Of a stretch of DNA of 64,000 nucleotides, positions 30,374 through 40,320 are shown piece by piece (position 1 is the stretch's first letter; each line of letters opens with the position of its first letter). The stretch is from Candidatus Bathyarchaeia archaeon (GTDB lineage: Archaea > Thermoproteota > Bathyarchaeia > Bathyarchaeales > Bathycorpusculaceae). A program made the translations under genes and the position numbers. The notes beneath the pieces are model-generated. The model saw nothing but the letters and a program-made list of their open reading frames with translations, did not search any database and was not told the DNA's origin. Where the stretch lies: positions 64,001-128,000 of the forward strand of contig JAVZLS010000002.1 of the NCBI GenBank assembly GCA_038883715.1, in the 5' to 3' direction.

Positions 30374-31151
30374 GAGAGCGCCAACTTTGAAAATGCGAAG
30401 CTACTATTTGGGCGAACTAACATGGGTTGATGTAGAAGAGTTCCTGAAAGTACATAAAACCGTGGTTGTGCCTGTCGGAAGCTGTGAGCAGCATGGTCCT
30501 CATTTGCCACTAGACACGGACGCTTATGACGCCTTTTGGCTTTCCATGAAGGCTGCTGAAAAAGCAGAATGCGCCCTTGTGGCTCCACCCATATATTATG
30601 GCGTTTCGCTACACCACATGGGCTTTCCGGGAACAATAACACTGAATCCGCAAACTTTTGAGCAAATGGCCTATGAAGTGGGCGCGTGCCTAACAAAGCA
30701 TGGATTCACAAAAATACTTTTTGAAAACGGCCACGGCGGAAACACCCCAGCCCTAGAGGCCGCAGCCCAGAGAATTAAGGCTGAAACCGGCGCTTTCGTA
30801 GCCATAGACACAGTCAGCCTCATACCAGACTTCATAGAACAGTTCATAGAAACATTCTATGATGCGCATGCCGGAGAGTTCGAAACATCCACAACGCTGG
30901 CCAACCGCGAAAACGCTGTTGCCAAGGAAAGAATTACAAAGCCGAGGCTAAACCTTCCAAAGTCGAAGTACACAAAAATTGGACTGAAGGAGGTTGGGCC
31001 AAAAGTTTCATGGGCTTTCGGAACAAGAGAGATTAGCAACACTGGCGTAATAGGCGACCCAACAAAAGCTTCAAAGGAGAAAGGCGAAAAGGCTTGGCGG
31101 CTTGCCATAGAGCGGTTGGCGGAACTTTTAAAAGAACTGGACAACATGTAA
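30360..31151 (+). CDS. Creatininase / creatinine amidohydrolase family protein
   Basis: PVGSCEQHGPHLPLDTD, HHMGFPGTI, NGHGGN, HAGEFETS, GVIGDP; likely start ~30393. Confidence 0.92.
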   Translation: MKSFRRAPTLKMRSYYLGELTWVDVEEFLKVHKTVVVPVGSCEQHGPHLPLDTDAYDAFWLSMKAAEKAECALVAPPIYYGVSLHHMGFPGTITLNPQTFEQMAYEVGACLTKHGFTKILFENGHGGNTPALEAAAQRIKAETGAFVAIDTVSLIPDFIEQFIETFYDAHAGEFETSTTLANRENAVAKERITKPRLNLPKSKYTKIGLKEVGPKVSWAFGTREISNTGVIGDPTKASKEKGEKAWRLAIERLAELLKELDNM

Positions 31152-31176
31152 ACACAAACAACCACAGTGTGGTTTT

Positions 31177-31578
31177 ATGAGCAATTTGGAAGAAGGTTTA
31201 AGATGGCTAGACCAGGCAGAAGCCGATTTCAAAACAGCCAAAGACTGCTTGGAAGATGGAAACTATTATGCGTGTGCCTTTTTCGCCCAGCAGTCGGCTG
31301 AAAAAGCGTTGAAAGGTTTCCTATATTCAAAGGGCTACAGAGCCCTTATAACGCATTCCGTCACCGAGCTTCTTGAGGAAGCCTCAAGGGTCGAGGGAAA
31401 CTTTGGAAGGTTTGGTGATTATGGAAGAGAGCTTGATAGACATTACATTGGTTCCAGATACCCCAACTTTTATCCAAAAGGACCCGCATACAAGTATTAT
31501 ACGGAGGAAATAGCCCGAAGATGCTTAAATTACGCAGAGTTAATATTGAAAGAAGTGAAGAGGTTTTTGAGAAAATAA
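31177..31578 (+). CDS. HEPN domain protein (HEPN-MNT module)
   Basis: WLDQAEADF, ACAFFAQQSAEKALKG, THSV..L, ELDRHYIGSRYP. Confidence 0.9.
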   Translation: MSNLEEGLRWLDQAEADFKTAKDCLEDGNYYACAFFAQQSAEKALKGFLYSKGYRALITHSVTELLEEASRVEGNFGRFGDYGRELDRHYIGSRYPNFYPKGPAYKYYTEEIARRCLNYAELILKEVKRFLRK

Positions 31579-31868
31579 GGGCTTATGTAAACGAGGTTGT
31601 CAACCGTCTTAACCCACAGCTAGTCATTCTTTTCGGCTCCTTTGCCACCGGCGACATAAATGAAGGCTCGGATGTTGATATACTCGTTGTTGCGGATTTT
31701 AAGGAAGGCTTTCTTGAACGTATAGGAACGCTGATGAAATTGAATACTTTTGGCATACCAGTAGAGCCTTTAGGCTACACGCCCGAGGAGTTTGAAGATA
31801 TGAAAAGGCGGAAAACCCCATTCATTTTAGAAGTTTTGGAGAAGGGCAGGATCCTTTACAAGTCGTAA
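31521..31868 (+). CDS. Minimal nucleotidyltransferase (MNT)
   Basis: ILFGSFATGD...SDVDILVV, YTPEEF; overlaps the HEPN gene. Confidence 0.9.
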   Translation: MLKLRRVNIERSEEVFEKIRAYVNEVVNRLNPQLVILFGSFATGDINEGSDVDILVVADFKEGFLERIGTLMKLNTFGIPVEPLGYTPEEFEDMKRRKTPFILEVLEKGRILYKS

Positions 31869-31928
31869 GTATGCGGTTGCGTCAAACTTAATATATTTGG
31901 CTTGTTCCTATCAACGTGAGGGTCAATT

Positions 31929-33692
31929 TTGTTTTACTCTGAAATTGCTGACGCCTACGAAAAAATTGAAGCCACAACCAAAAGGCTTGAAATGACAGAT
32001 CTGCTAGTAGACCTCCTAAAAAGGACGCCTAAAGAAATAATTGACAAAGTTGTTTACCTAACGCAAGGCAAAATTTATCCAGACTTTGTTAAGCTCGAAA
32101 TTGGTGTGGCTGAAAGACTTGCCATAAAGGCCCTCGCCCACGCTTCTGGGCGTCGGGAAAGCGAAATTGAAGAGGACATGAAAAAAAGTGGAGACATCGG
32201 CGAGACCGCCCAGAAGTTCATAGCTCAAAAACGGCAGCTAACCTTCTTCCAGAAACCATTAACCGTCCAAAGAGTCTACGAAACCCTTGACAAAATGGCG
32301 CGGTCTTCAGGGTCTGGGGCTGTTGACACAAAGATTACGCTTCTGGCCGGGCTCTTGGCTGACGCCACACCAAAAGAGGCCAAATACATTATGCGGACGG
32401 TTACTGGAAACCTCCGCTTGGGCATTGCAGACATGACGGTGCTTGATGCTTTAGCAGTAGCCTACGGCGGCGGAAAGGAAACCCGCGAACTAGTGGAACG
32501 CGCCTACAACATATCATCAGACCTCGGAAGAGTGGCTAAAGTGCTCGCCGAAGAAGGTCTAGAAGGCATAAAAAAGTTTAAGGTTGTTGTAGGCGAGCCC
32601 ATAAGGCCCATGCTCGCTGAAAGGCTCTCATCGCCTGAAGAAATCCTTGAAAAATTGGGCGGCAAATGCATAGCCGAATACAAGTACGACGGCGAAAGAA
32701 TCCAAGCCCACAAGAAAGGCGACGATATAACGCTTTTTTCAAGGCGCCTAGAAGACATTTCAGACCAATATCCGGACGCCATCGAACTTTTAAAACGGCA
32801 TGTTCTAGCCAAAGAGGCCATAGTGGAGGCTGAATGCGTAGCCATAGACCCCGACACTGGCGAGATGCGACCCTTCCAAGAGCTTATGCACCGCAGGCGC
32901 AAATACGGCATAGAAAAGGCCATGGAAGAATACCCAGTATCACTTTTCATGTTCGACGCCTTATACGTTGACGGAAAAGACTTGACGCTTAAACCATACC
33001 CCGTTCGGCGAAAAACCTTGGAGAGCATAATCAAAGAAAGCGAAAGGGTGAAAATAGCTAAATCCATAATTACAGGCGACATTAAAGACCTTGAAAACTT
33101 CTTCCTAGAAGCCATAGAAGATGGATGCGAAGGCCTAGTATGCAAATCAATAAACGAAGACTCGATTTATCAAGCAGGCGCAAGAGGCTGGCTATGGATA
33201 AAATATAAGCGGGACTACAAAAGCGAAATGACAGACACCGTAGACCTAGTCGTGGTCGGCGCCTTCTATGGACGAGGAAAACGGGCAGGAACATACGGCG
33301 CCCTATTATTGGCTGCTTACAACCCAGAAAACGACACCTTCGAAACAGTAACAAAATGCGGGACGGGCTTTACGGACGAGGACTTGGCAAAACTCCCCCA
33401 AATGATGAAAAAACACGTCATACCACATAAACATCCAAGAGTAAACTCGCTTATTGAAGCGGATGTTTGGTTCGAACCAAAAGTAGTCATAGAAGTGTTA
33501 GGAGCAGAAATAACCCTAAGCCCCATCCACACATGCGCCATAAACACCATACGCCAAGGAAGCGGCCTAGCCATACGCTTTCCGCGTTTTACAGGCAATT
33601 ACAGAATAGACAAGGCAGCAGAAGACGCAACAACCACCAGCGAAATAGTTGAAATGTACCAGAAGCAATTAAAGAAAATTGCTGAAAGTTAA
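31929..33692 (+). CDS. lig: ATP-dependent DNA ligase
   Basis: Motif I EYKYDGER, EGLVCK, WIKYKRDY, DLVVVGA, IRFPRF. Confidence 0.97.
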   Translation: MFYSEIADAYEKIEATTKRLEMTDLLVDLLKRTPKEIIDKVVYLTQGKIYPDFVKLEIGVAERLAIKALAHASGRRESEIEEDMKKSGDIGETAQKFIAQKRQLTFFQKPLTVQRVYETLDKMARSSGSGAVDTKITLLAGLLADATPKEAKYIMRTVTGNLRLGIADMTVLDALAVAYGGGKETRELVERAYNISSDLGRVAKVLAEEGLEGIKKFKVVVGEPIRPMLAERLSSPEEILEKLGGKCIAEYKYDGERIQAHKKGDDITLFSRRLEDISDQYPDAIELLKRHVLAKEAIVEAECVAIDPDTGEMRPFQELMHRRRKYGIEKAMEEYPVSLFMFDALYVDGKDLTLKPYPVRRKTLESIIKESERVKIAKSIITGDIKDLENFFLEAIEDGCEGLVCKSINEDSIYQAGARGWLWIKYKRDYKSEMTDTVDLVVVGAFYGRGKRAGTYGALLLAAYNPENDTFETVTKCGTGFTDEDLAKLPQMMKKHVIPHKHPRVNSLIEADVWFEPKVVIEVLGAEITLSPIHTCAINTIRQGSGLAIRFPRFTGNYRIDKAAEDATTTSEIVEMYQKQLKKIAES

Positions 33693-33777
33693 GTAAACTT
33701 GCTCTGCTGCATAACGTTCAAAGCATAGTTAAACTAATAAATTGCTTAGATGAATAATTTTGTGAGGGGGAGATAAG

Positions 33778-36663
33778 TTGAAAAATATTTGCACATCCCT
33801 CCTTATAGCAACACTTACCTTGGCAGGCACGTTGCAGCTGTTCATAACTAGGGTTTCCAACGCAAATCCAGAAACGATATTATATGTCTCTCCGTCTGCA
33901 ACAAGAGTCCATGTCAGTGAAATATTCTCCGTAAACATTTCTATCCAAAACGTCATCGACCTATATGCATTCCACTTATTCTTAAAATATAACACAACAT
34001 TTCTGGATGCGCTAGGCGTCTACGTTTATCCACCTTTCAATACAGGCCCGATACTTCCCCCGGTAATAAGTGAGCCCAACGGCTGCATCGAGGTTTCTGG
34101 CGTTATAGGTTTTCCAGGTCAAGGCTTCTGGGGAAGTTTCCCCCTAGTAAATATAACCTTTAAAGCGACATCTTTTGGATATAGCTACTTGCGTCTCTGC
34201 GATACTGAATTATGGAACTCCATGTCGAGTCCGATAACTCATGTAACAGCGGATGGAGCAGTCGAAATTTATATTTGGACCGGAACTGTTCATATCCGGG
34301 GCGATGGAGGCATCGATCCGCCAGATGCGCCCATAATAACATATGATAATATAACTTACGCTTTTGTAGGCGATATTAATGGTTCAATAGTGATTGAGAG
34401 AAGTTACATAACTCTAGATGGTGCTGGATACACTCTACAAGGAGTAGGCGCTGAGTTTGGAATACAATCTGTTAGCGCCGTTAATGTAACTGTTCAAAAC
34501 ATTAAAATCACCGGTTTCCAAATAGCCCTAGACATTTGTCAGGCAAGATACTGGGTTATAACCAACAACAGCATAACGAATAACGGTGTGGGAATACGCG
34601 TCTACTACCTCTCCAGTAATAACACCGTAATTGAAAACCATATCGTAAACAACGGTAACGGAATCAAGATTTCAGCATACGCAAAGTCTAACAATATTGT
34701 AAACAATACAATTGTTGACTGTGATATTGGAGTAGTCATCACGTCTTTTTATTCTGAAGATGGTTACAACAATGTTATGGGAAACTGGTTCATAAATAAC
34801 GATTGTGGCGTTTTCATAGATAAGCCAGAACACAACACATTCTACCATAACAACTTCGTTTCAAACGCTTACCAAGTTTACATTTATGGTGAAACGGAAA
34901 ACATATGGGATAATGGAAGCGAAGGCAACTACTGGAGCGACTACAATGGAACAGATGCAAACGGCGACGGCATAGGCGACACACCATACATCATCAACCA
35001 AAACAATATGGACAACTATCCATTGATGCAACCCTGGGCCCCTCCATGGGGCGACTGGAAACACTACCACAGCTACAATGAAATCGTAAGCACACTACTT
35101 TTCCTAAACAGCAGCTTCCCAAAAATCGTTGAAGTCTTTTCAATCGGAAAAAGCCACCAAGGAAGAGAAATCTACTGCATAAGACTGACAAACGAAACAA
35201 ATGCTTTTCTCAAACCCGAAGTGTTATTTGTTGGATACCACCATGCACGTGAGCCTATAAGTGCAGAATTGCCCTTGTACTTCGCTCTATCCGCTGCGGT
35301 CGGTTATGGAGCAAATCAAACTATAACTTACCTAATAAACAATTGCGAAATTTACATTGTAGTGGCCTTAAACGTTGATGGTTTCGACTTGTTCAATGCT
35401 AACGACTGGCAAAGAAAAAATGCTTGTCCTGTTGATGAAGATGACGATGGCCTTTTTGATGAGGATCCCCCCGAAGATGAGGATGGAGACGGGTTTATCG
35501 AGCAACTTATTAACTACACTGATCCGGAGAATCCTGTTTTAATTGGTTGGGAGGGAATCGACAACGACGGTGATGGCCTTTCTGGAGAAGACTGGATAGG
35601 AGGAGTTGATCTGAATCGAAACTACAATTATGCTTGGGAACAAGGGACTTCAAACAAGCGGTCTGAATTGTATAAAGGTTCTAAACCATTCTCAGAACCT
35701 GAGACGCAAGCAATAAGAGATTTAGTTCAACAGCACAATTTCATGTATGCAATTAGTTTCCATTCCGGAATGGAAATGATACTGTATCCATGGGGATGCA
35801 CTCGTAACCCACCTCCCGACGAAGCCAGATATAAAGAAATTGCCAATGAACTTTCGCTGGCCAGTGGTGGAACACCGTATATGCAGTCTTCTTTCGGTGC
35901 AGGACTTGTTTATGGCATTTGGGATGATTGGATGTACGGGACGAAAGGCGTCTTTGCACTTACATGCGAAATTTTCTACAACGAAACCTGGGAAGGAATA
36001 AGCGAACCAGGACCCTACCCAAACACAAGGTGGGAAGGTGGAATAAAATACTGGTTTAATCCATTCCCCAATGGGATAGAAGCCACCATACAGCGTTGGC
36101 TGCCAGTTTTTACCTGCATAACAAATAGAACAATAAGCGAGTTTCAATATCGCAATATTGCAGTGACCGGCGTAACAGTTCTTAAATCAATAGTTGGACA
36201 AGGCTTCGCCATGAACATAAGCGTCAAAATCGCCAACTATGGTGAGTTTATGGTAACCTTCAACGTTACAGCCTTTGCTAACGAAACATCGATAGGAACA
36301 AAAGAAGTCACACTTGAAGGCAATTCATCTTTAAGCCTTACCTTCACATGGAACACAACGAGCTATGCGAAAGGCAACTATACGCTTTGGGCTTATGCAT
36401 GGCCAGTACAAGGCGAAACAGACATAGAGGACAACATTTTAGCAGCGCCCTTCATGGTTAGTATTGTTATACCCGGAGATGGCAACCTCAACGGCAGAAT
36501 CGAGATACTTGATGTTGTCTTAGTTACAAGCCGATACGGCGCAAAAAAAGGCGATACCAATTACGATCCAAACGTTGACTGGAACAGCGACGGAAAAATC
36601 GACATACTAGACGTCGTAATAGTAACAAGCCGATACGGCCACGCTGAACCATACTTTTTCTGA
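33778..36663 (+). CDS. Secreted multidomain M14 zinc carboxypeptidase: cohesin - NosD-like beta-helix - M14 - CARDB-like Ig - dockerin
   Basis: Signal peptide; cohesin (FSVNISIQNVIDLYAFHLFLKYN...LVNITFKA); GNYWSDYNGTDANGDGIGDTPY; M14 residues HHARE, RKN, GVDLNRNY, ISFHSG, TCEI; terminal dockerin GDGNLNGRIEILD...DWNSDGKIDILD. Confidence 0.88.
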   Translation: MKNICTSLLIATLTLAGTLQLFITRVSNANPETILYVSPSATRVHVSEIFSVNISIQNVIDLYAFHLFLKYNTTFLDALGVYVYPPFNTGPILPPVISEPNGCIEVSGVIGFPGQGFWGSFPLVNITFKATSFGYSYLRLCDTELWNSMSSPITHVTADGAVEIYIWTGTVHIRGDGGIDPPDAPIITYDNITYAFVGDINGSIVIERSYITLDGAGYTLQGVGAEFGIQSVSAVNVTVQNIKITGFQIALDICQARYWVITNNSITNNGVGIRVYYLSSNNTVIENHIVNNGNGIKISAYAKSNNIVNNTIVDCDIGVVITSFYSEDGYNNVMGNWFINNDCGVFIDKPEHNTFYHNNFVSNAYQVYIYGETENIWDNGSEGNYWSDYNGTDANGDGIGDTPYIINQNNMDNYPLMQPWAPPWGDWKHYHSYNEIVSTLLFLNSSFPKIVEVFSIGKSHQGREIYCIRLTNETNAFLKPEVLFVGYHHAREPISAELPLYFALSAAVGYGANQTITYLINNCEIYIVVALNVDGFDLFNANDWQRKNACPVDEDDDGLFDEDPPEDEDGDGFIEQLINYTDPENPVLIGWEGIDNDGDGLSGEDWIGGVDLNRNYNYAWEQGTSNKRSELYKGSKPFSEPETQAIRDLVQQHNFMYAISFHSGMEMILYPWGCTRNPPPDEARYKEIANELSLASGGTPYMQSSFGAGLVYGIWDDWMYGTKGVFALTCEIFYNETWEGISEPGPYPNTRWEGGIKYWFNPFPNGIEATIQRWLPVFTCITNRTISEFQYRNIAVTGVTVLKSIVGQGFAMNISVKIANYGEFMVTFNVTAFANETSIGTKEVTLEGNSSLSLTFTWNTTSYAKGNYTLWAYAWPVQGETDIEDNILAAPFMVSIVIPGDGNLNGRIEILDVVLVTSRYGAKKGDTNYDPNVDWNSDGKIDILDVVIVTSRYGHAEPYFF

Positions 36664-36816
36664 TTGCGACTATATGGGAGATTGCGGGCGCTTGTTATAA
36701 AGATGGAATGGGAGAAATCGAGTAACAATACTAGACCTTGTCTCAATTACAAGGGTGTATGGCGCTATGCCAAGGCTTAAATAGCATTTTCAACCAAATT
36801 AACTTGGTGGTCGTGG

Positions 36817-37041
36817 TTGTTAAAAACTAAGAATCACCTTGCGTTAACCTTTATGGCTGTTCTATTGATTATGCCGTTGTTTCAAATGGTGTCTGCAACT
36901 ATTATGAATACGAAGCCACCAGACGTTAACAGTGGCGGCTATTTCCATGAACGTGATGAGCTTAGAACCGCCAGAAACATTAAATGGCTTGAATGGTGGG
37001 TAACAGTAACCCTCAGACTTTTCGGAATCGAGCCGCGATAA
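36817..37041 (+). CDS. Small secreted hypothetical protein (possible remnant)
   Basis: Signal-peptide-like N-terminus, TATA-like aggcttaaat at 36773-36782, T-tract after the stop. Confidence 0.45.
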   Translation: MLKTKNHLALTFMAVLLIMPLFQMVSATIMNTKPPDVNSGGYFHERDELRTARNIKWLEWWVTVTLRLFGIEPR

Positions 37042-37185
37042 ACAAACATCCTTTTTCTCTATCGATTTTTAAAGGATGAAAAGTCTCTAACCATTCGAGT
37101 TGTTCTCTAGAGGATTATTCCATAATTTTTAAAAAACCGTTTGTGCATTTATTTCCTAGCCACAAGGAGGAAGGAGAGCACTCAA

Positions 37186-37458
37186 ATGGAAAGTAAACTG
37201 TTATTATCGGCGCTTGCTCTGGTTATAATAATGCTGCTGACGCCCCAGCAGACCAGTGCACAAATCAGGGGTGACATAGACGGCGACGGCGACGTAGACA
37301 TAATCGATATAACACTTGCAGCAAGCCAATATGCAAAAAAGCCTGAAGACCAAGATTACAACAGTACCATTGTTGAAAAGGCCGATTTGGCTCCACCATT
37401 CAACGGCATCATAAACATATTAGACATGGTTACTTTGGCAAGCTGTTATTCTGGTTAA
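37186..37458 (+). CDS. Secreted dockerin-only microprotein
   Basis: GGAGG SD, signal peptide, then only GDIDGDGDVDIIDITL...ADLAPPFNGIINILDMVTL. Confidence 0.8.
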   Translation: MESKLLLSALALVIIMLLTPQQTSAQIRGDIDGDGDVDIIDITLAASQYAKKPEDQDYNSTIVEKADLAPPFNGIINILDMVTLASCYSG

Positions 37459-37496
37459 AACCAACACCGCCTTTTTTTCTTTTTTGTCGAGAAGTA

Positions 37497-37507
37497 AAAG
37501 CTTAAAT
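37497..37507 (+). promoter_or_regulatory. BRE/TATA element AAAGCTTAAAT
   Basis: 38 bp before ATG 37545; same 11-mer at 38079, 52260 and 55639. Confidence 0.7.
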
Positions 37508-37544
37508 TTTTTTTAAACTAAATTTCAAAGGGTTAACGTTTATA

Positions 37545-38045
37545 ATGGCCGGCTTCAAAAAAATTGTTAAGACAATTGCTGAAAATAAATTTGATATTGC
37601 AGTGGTTATTTTGTGCTCCTTTGTAGTGTCTTGCCTTGTCATAAAAGTTTATTGGATGGCATATAACACGAGGCCTCGTTTGCAAAATGAGAAGCCCCTC
37701 CGACCGTCATACGATCTTAGCAGCTTTGAGTCCGTCGACTTATTAATTATCATTCTTGCTGGAATAATTTTGGGTGTTTCCATAACAGACGTTAAGAAAA
37801 TGCTTTATGGTTATGCTGGAGCAATGTTTCTAGCCTATTTTATCAGTGTTGCATTCTTCTTCTGTCACACGTGGTTTTTGAAGGGTTTCCAATATGGTTT
37901 AAGTTCTATCCCATACGGTTGGGAGTGGGCACTTCTTGCCGCAGTACTTGACGCGTTCGTTTTAATGGTGCCTTGGGCTGTGTGTTTATGTTTGGTTGGG
38001 ATGATCGTAGGCGCCTTTGTTAGAGTGTGGGTCTCACCATTCTGA
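37545..38045 (+). CDS. 4-TM membrane protein
   Basis: Four hydrophobic segments; own BRE/TATA. Confidence 0.75.
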   Translation: MAGFKKIVKTIAENKFDIAVVILCSFVVSCLVIKVYWMAYNTRPRLQNEKPLRPSYDLSSFESVDLLIIILAGIILGVSITDVKKMLYGYAGAMFLAYFISVAFFFCHTWFLKGFQYGLSSIPYGWEWALLAAVLDAFVLMVPWAVCLCLVGMIVGAFVRVWVSPF

Positions 38046-38078
38046 CTTTTTCATTTACTCAGAGACTCTTCCACAGAA

Positions 38079-38089
38079 AAAGCTTAAAT
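38079..38089 (+). promoter_or_regulatory. BRE/TATA element AAAGCTTAAAT
   Basis: 38 bp before ATG 38127. Confidence 0.7.
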
Positions 38090-38126
38090 TAGCGATGGCG
38101 AAAGTTTACTTCAATCTGGTGATAAG

Positions 38127-40286
38127 ATGAAAAAAATCGAGAAAAAATCTATCATAGTAAGTTTTCTAACATTAATTGCAACTGTTTCAATGGTCAGCTT
38201 CAACGGTATTGTGATGCGTGCAAATTCGTTGGAACTCCCGACACAATATCCGCTTGTTTATGTATATCCGGAGAATATTACGGTCGGAGTTGGCGACTAT
38301 TTTACAATAAGCGTTGTAGTGTATAACCTAACTAATATAAAAGTGCAAGATCCTGAGAACCCCACACAATGGATTCCATTGGGCAACTTATATGGATTTG
38401 ACATACAGTTCAGTTGGGATCCAACAATTATAAAATATGTTAACTATACTGTAACAGTGCCTGTCAATAATTATTCAAATCCTGTTCCCCCAAGCCCCTA
38501 CCCAGGAATTCTCTACAATCCCTACGTGGAGGTAAAAAATTTAGTTGACGAGGCTGGAAATATTCCAGGTGCTGCTGATCCGCGGGTAAGAGCATGGTTC
38601 TCTTACGCCTCGATGGCTCCAGCTCCAGCCTTCAATGGAAACGGAACAATATTCACAATGACTTTTCAAGCCATCAAAAGAGGATCAAGTCTCCTAGAAA
38701 TAGTGGACTGCACCCTAGCCGATAGTTTCGGAGATGCAATTGCAAAACACAAATGCACTCAGTACGGCGGCCAGTGGCTTATCCCCCCAAGAAATGGAGA
38801 AGTTGATGTAGGTGCTCCTCCAAAAGCGGATTTCACTTTCTGGCCAGACATTGGCGTAGTAAACTTACCAATAACCTTCACAGCCATAGTAATTGGAAAC
38901 ACAAGCAACATTCAAGAATACATTTGGGATTTCGGCGACGGGACACAAGAAACCGTTCCACAACCAATAATACTACACACATACACCACTCCTTCATTTG
39001 AGTATGGTGTGTCTCTAAAAGTTAGGGATGCTGAAGGTGTTGAGAGCCGCCCTGTAACTCGTAAAATAACAGTTGTGCAGTCTCGAGACTTAAAAGCCAC
39101 CGCCATTACATTGTCCCAGAAGGCTGTAAAACCAAATAGTCTATTCAGCATAACTGCTGCAATAGAAAATATGGGGACGGCTCCTTTTACTTTCGTTGAA
39201 AATTGCACATTAGAAATTTATCGTAATAATACATTTGTGGATCCCAATAACCCTGCCGATTTAGACCCCTTAAACTCAAAATGGACAATAATAAAATCAA
39301 AATGGACGCTGTTAACAGCACCTTACCCACCTCCACAACATCCTTCACCAACAACTATAACCATATCCCTTAATAGCACAACAGCATTCGGCGAATACAC
39401 AACTGAAACTTTCTACTACTTCCTGTTGCGTTTAGTAGGAGTACCTGAAGGATACGAAGCTGATCAAACAAATAACATCGCTGTATCCGATTATATAATG
39501 TACACAATTCACGACATTGTAATACTCAAAATAGCAAGCGTAGACTATGGATATGAAATAGGTAGGACATATAAAAGGCCCTTAATCGAAGGCGAAAATG
39601 CGACATTTAAATGTACAATTATAAATCAAGGAGTTATAACAGCCAACTTTACGGTTATTCTTCGCCTAAATGACACTATTGTAGGGACAATTGAAATTTT
39701 CAATCTTGAATCGGGAACCAGTTCGACGAGTAGTTTTAGGCGCAAAATTGAGTCCAGAGGTAACTATAACGTTTCAATAAATATTGCTAGTGAAAACGAA
39801 GGCATTATAGCTGATATGTGGCAAGGATGGCTCATAGTGATTAAACCACCAATAATAAATGTTACTGTCAGCAATCAAAATCCCACTGTAGGCCAAACAG
39901 TAACTTTCGAAGCTTCAGTAAATGTTCAAGAGCCTAACACCAATATCACACTTTACGGGTGGAAAGTTTACAAGCCCGACGTAGACCCCGAATCAGGGAG
40001 TGCATTTAAAACTTTTTGGGGGAATACAACGCTGAGTTTCTCTTTCGATGAGCCTGGCAAATGGACTGTTACCTTCGAAGTCTCTGATAGCCTAGGATTA
40101 AAATATGATCCCAGACGACCGGCGACAAAGGCTTACAGAGTTCTTCTTAGTATATCTGTAGGAGGCGGAGGCTTTCCAGTCGAATGGATTTTGGCCATCA
40201 TGTTAGTTATAATTATAGCCGTTGCTTTAATTGTTTACAAGCGAAGAAAGAAAAAAGTTTTTCCAATATCAGAGGAAGAGGAATAA
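38127..40286 (+). CDS. Membrane-anchored cohesin protein: cohesin - PKD - CARDB-like x2 - PKD-like - TM
   Basis: LYGFDIQFSWDPTIIKY...FNGNGTIFTMTF; PKD YIWDFGDG; GGGG linker, TM, KRRKKK. Confidence 0.82.
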   Translation: MKKIEKKSIIVSFLTLIATVSMVSFNGIVMRANSLELPTQYPLVYVYPENITVGVGDYFTISVVVYNLTNIKVQDPENPTQWIPLGNLYGFDIQFSWDPTIIKYVNYTVTVPVNNYSNPVPPSPYPGILYNPYVEVKNLVDEAGNIPGAADPRVRAWFSYASMAPAPAFNGNGTIFTMTFQAIKRGSSLLEIVDCTLADSFGDAIAKHKCTQYGGQWLIPPRNGEVDVGAPPKADFTFWPDIGVVNLPITFTAIVIGNTSNIQEYIWDFGDGTQETVPQPIILHTYTTPSFEYGVSLKVRDAEGVESRPVTRKITVVQSRDLKATAITLSQKAVKPNSLFSITAAIENMGTAPFTFVENCTLEIYRNNTFVDPNNPADLDPLNSKWTIIKSKWTLLTAPYPPPQHPSPTTITISLNSTTAFGEYTTETFYYFLLRLVGVPEGYEADQTNNIAVSDYIMYTIHDIVILKIASVDYGYEIGRTYKRPLIEGENATFKCTIINQGVITANFTVILRLNDTIVGTIEIFNLESGTSSTSSFRRKIESRGNYNVSINIASENEGIIADMWQGWLIVIKPPIINVTVSNQNPTVGQTVTFEASVNVQEPNTNITLYGWKVYKPDVDPESGSAFKTFWGNTTLSFSFDEPGKWTVTFEVSDSLGLKYDPRRPATKAYRVLLSISVGGGGFPVEWILAIMLVIIIAVALIVYKRRKKKVFPISEEEE

Positions 40287-40320
40287 TCACCTCTCTTTTT
40301 TATTATAAAAAAAGTGAGGG
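40287..40320. terminator. Bidirectional oligo-T terminator between convergent cohesin genes
   Basis: cctctcttttttattataaaaaaagtgagg: C-rich + T6 on plus strand, C-rich + T7 on minus strand. Confidence 0.7.

Noticed and set aside
32504-33145. 213-aa antisense ORF in the ligase gene, and similar antisense ORFs elsewhere (e.g. 15207-15623, 16272-16751, 22330-22779)
   Set aside because: Fully antisense to well-supported genes, with Ser-rich shadow composition.
31929-33692. Inteins in ligase, Rad50 or aCPSF1
   Set aside because: Lengths are normal and no intein splice motifs or LAGLIDADG blocks are visible.
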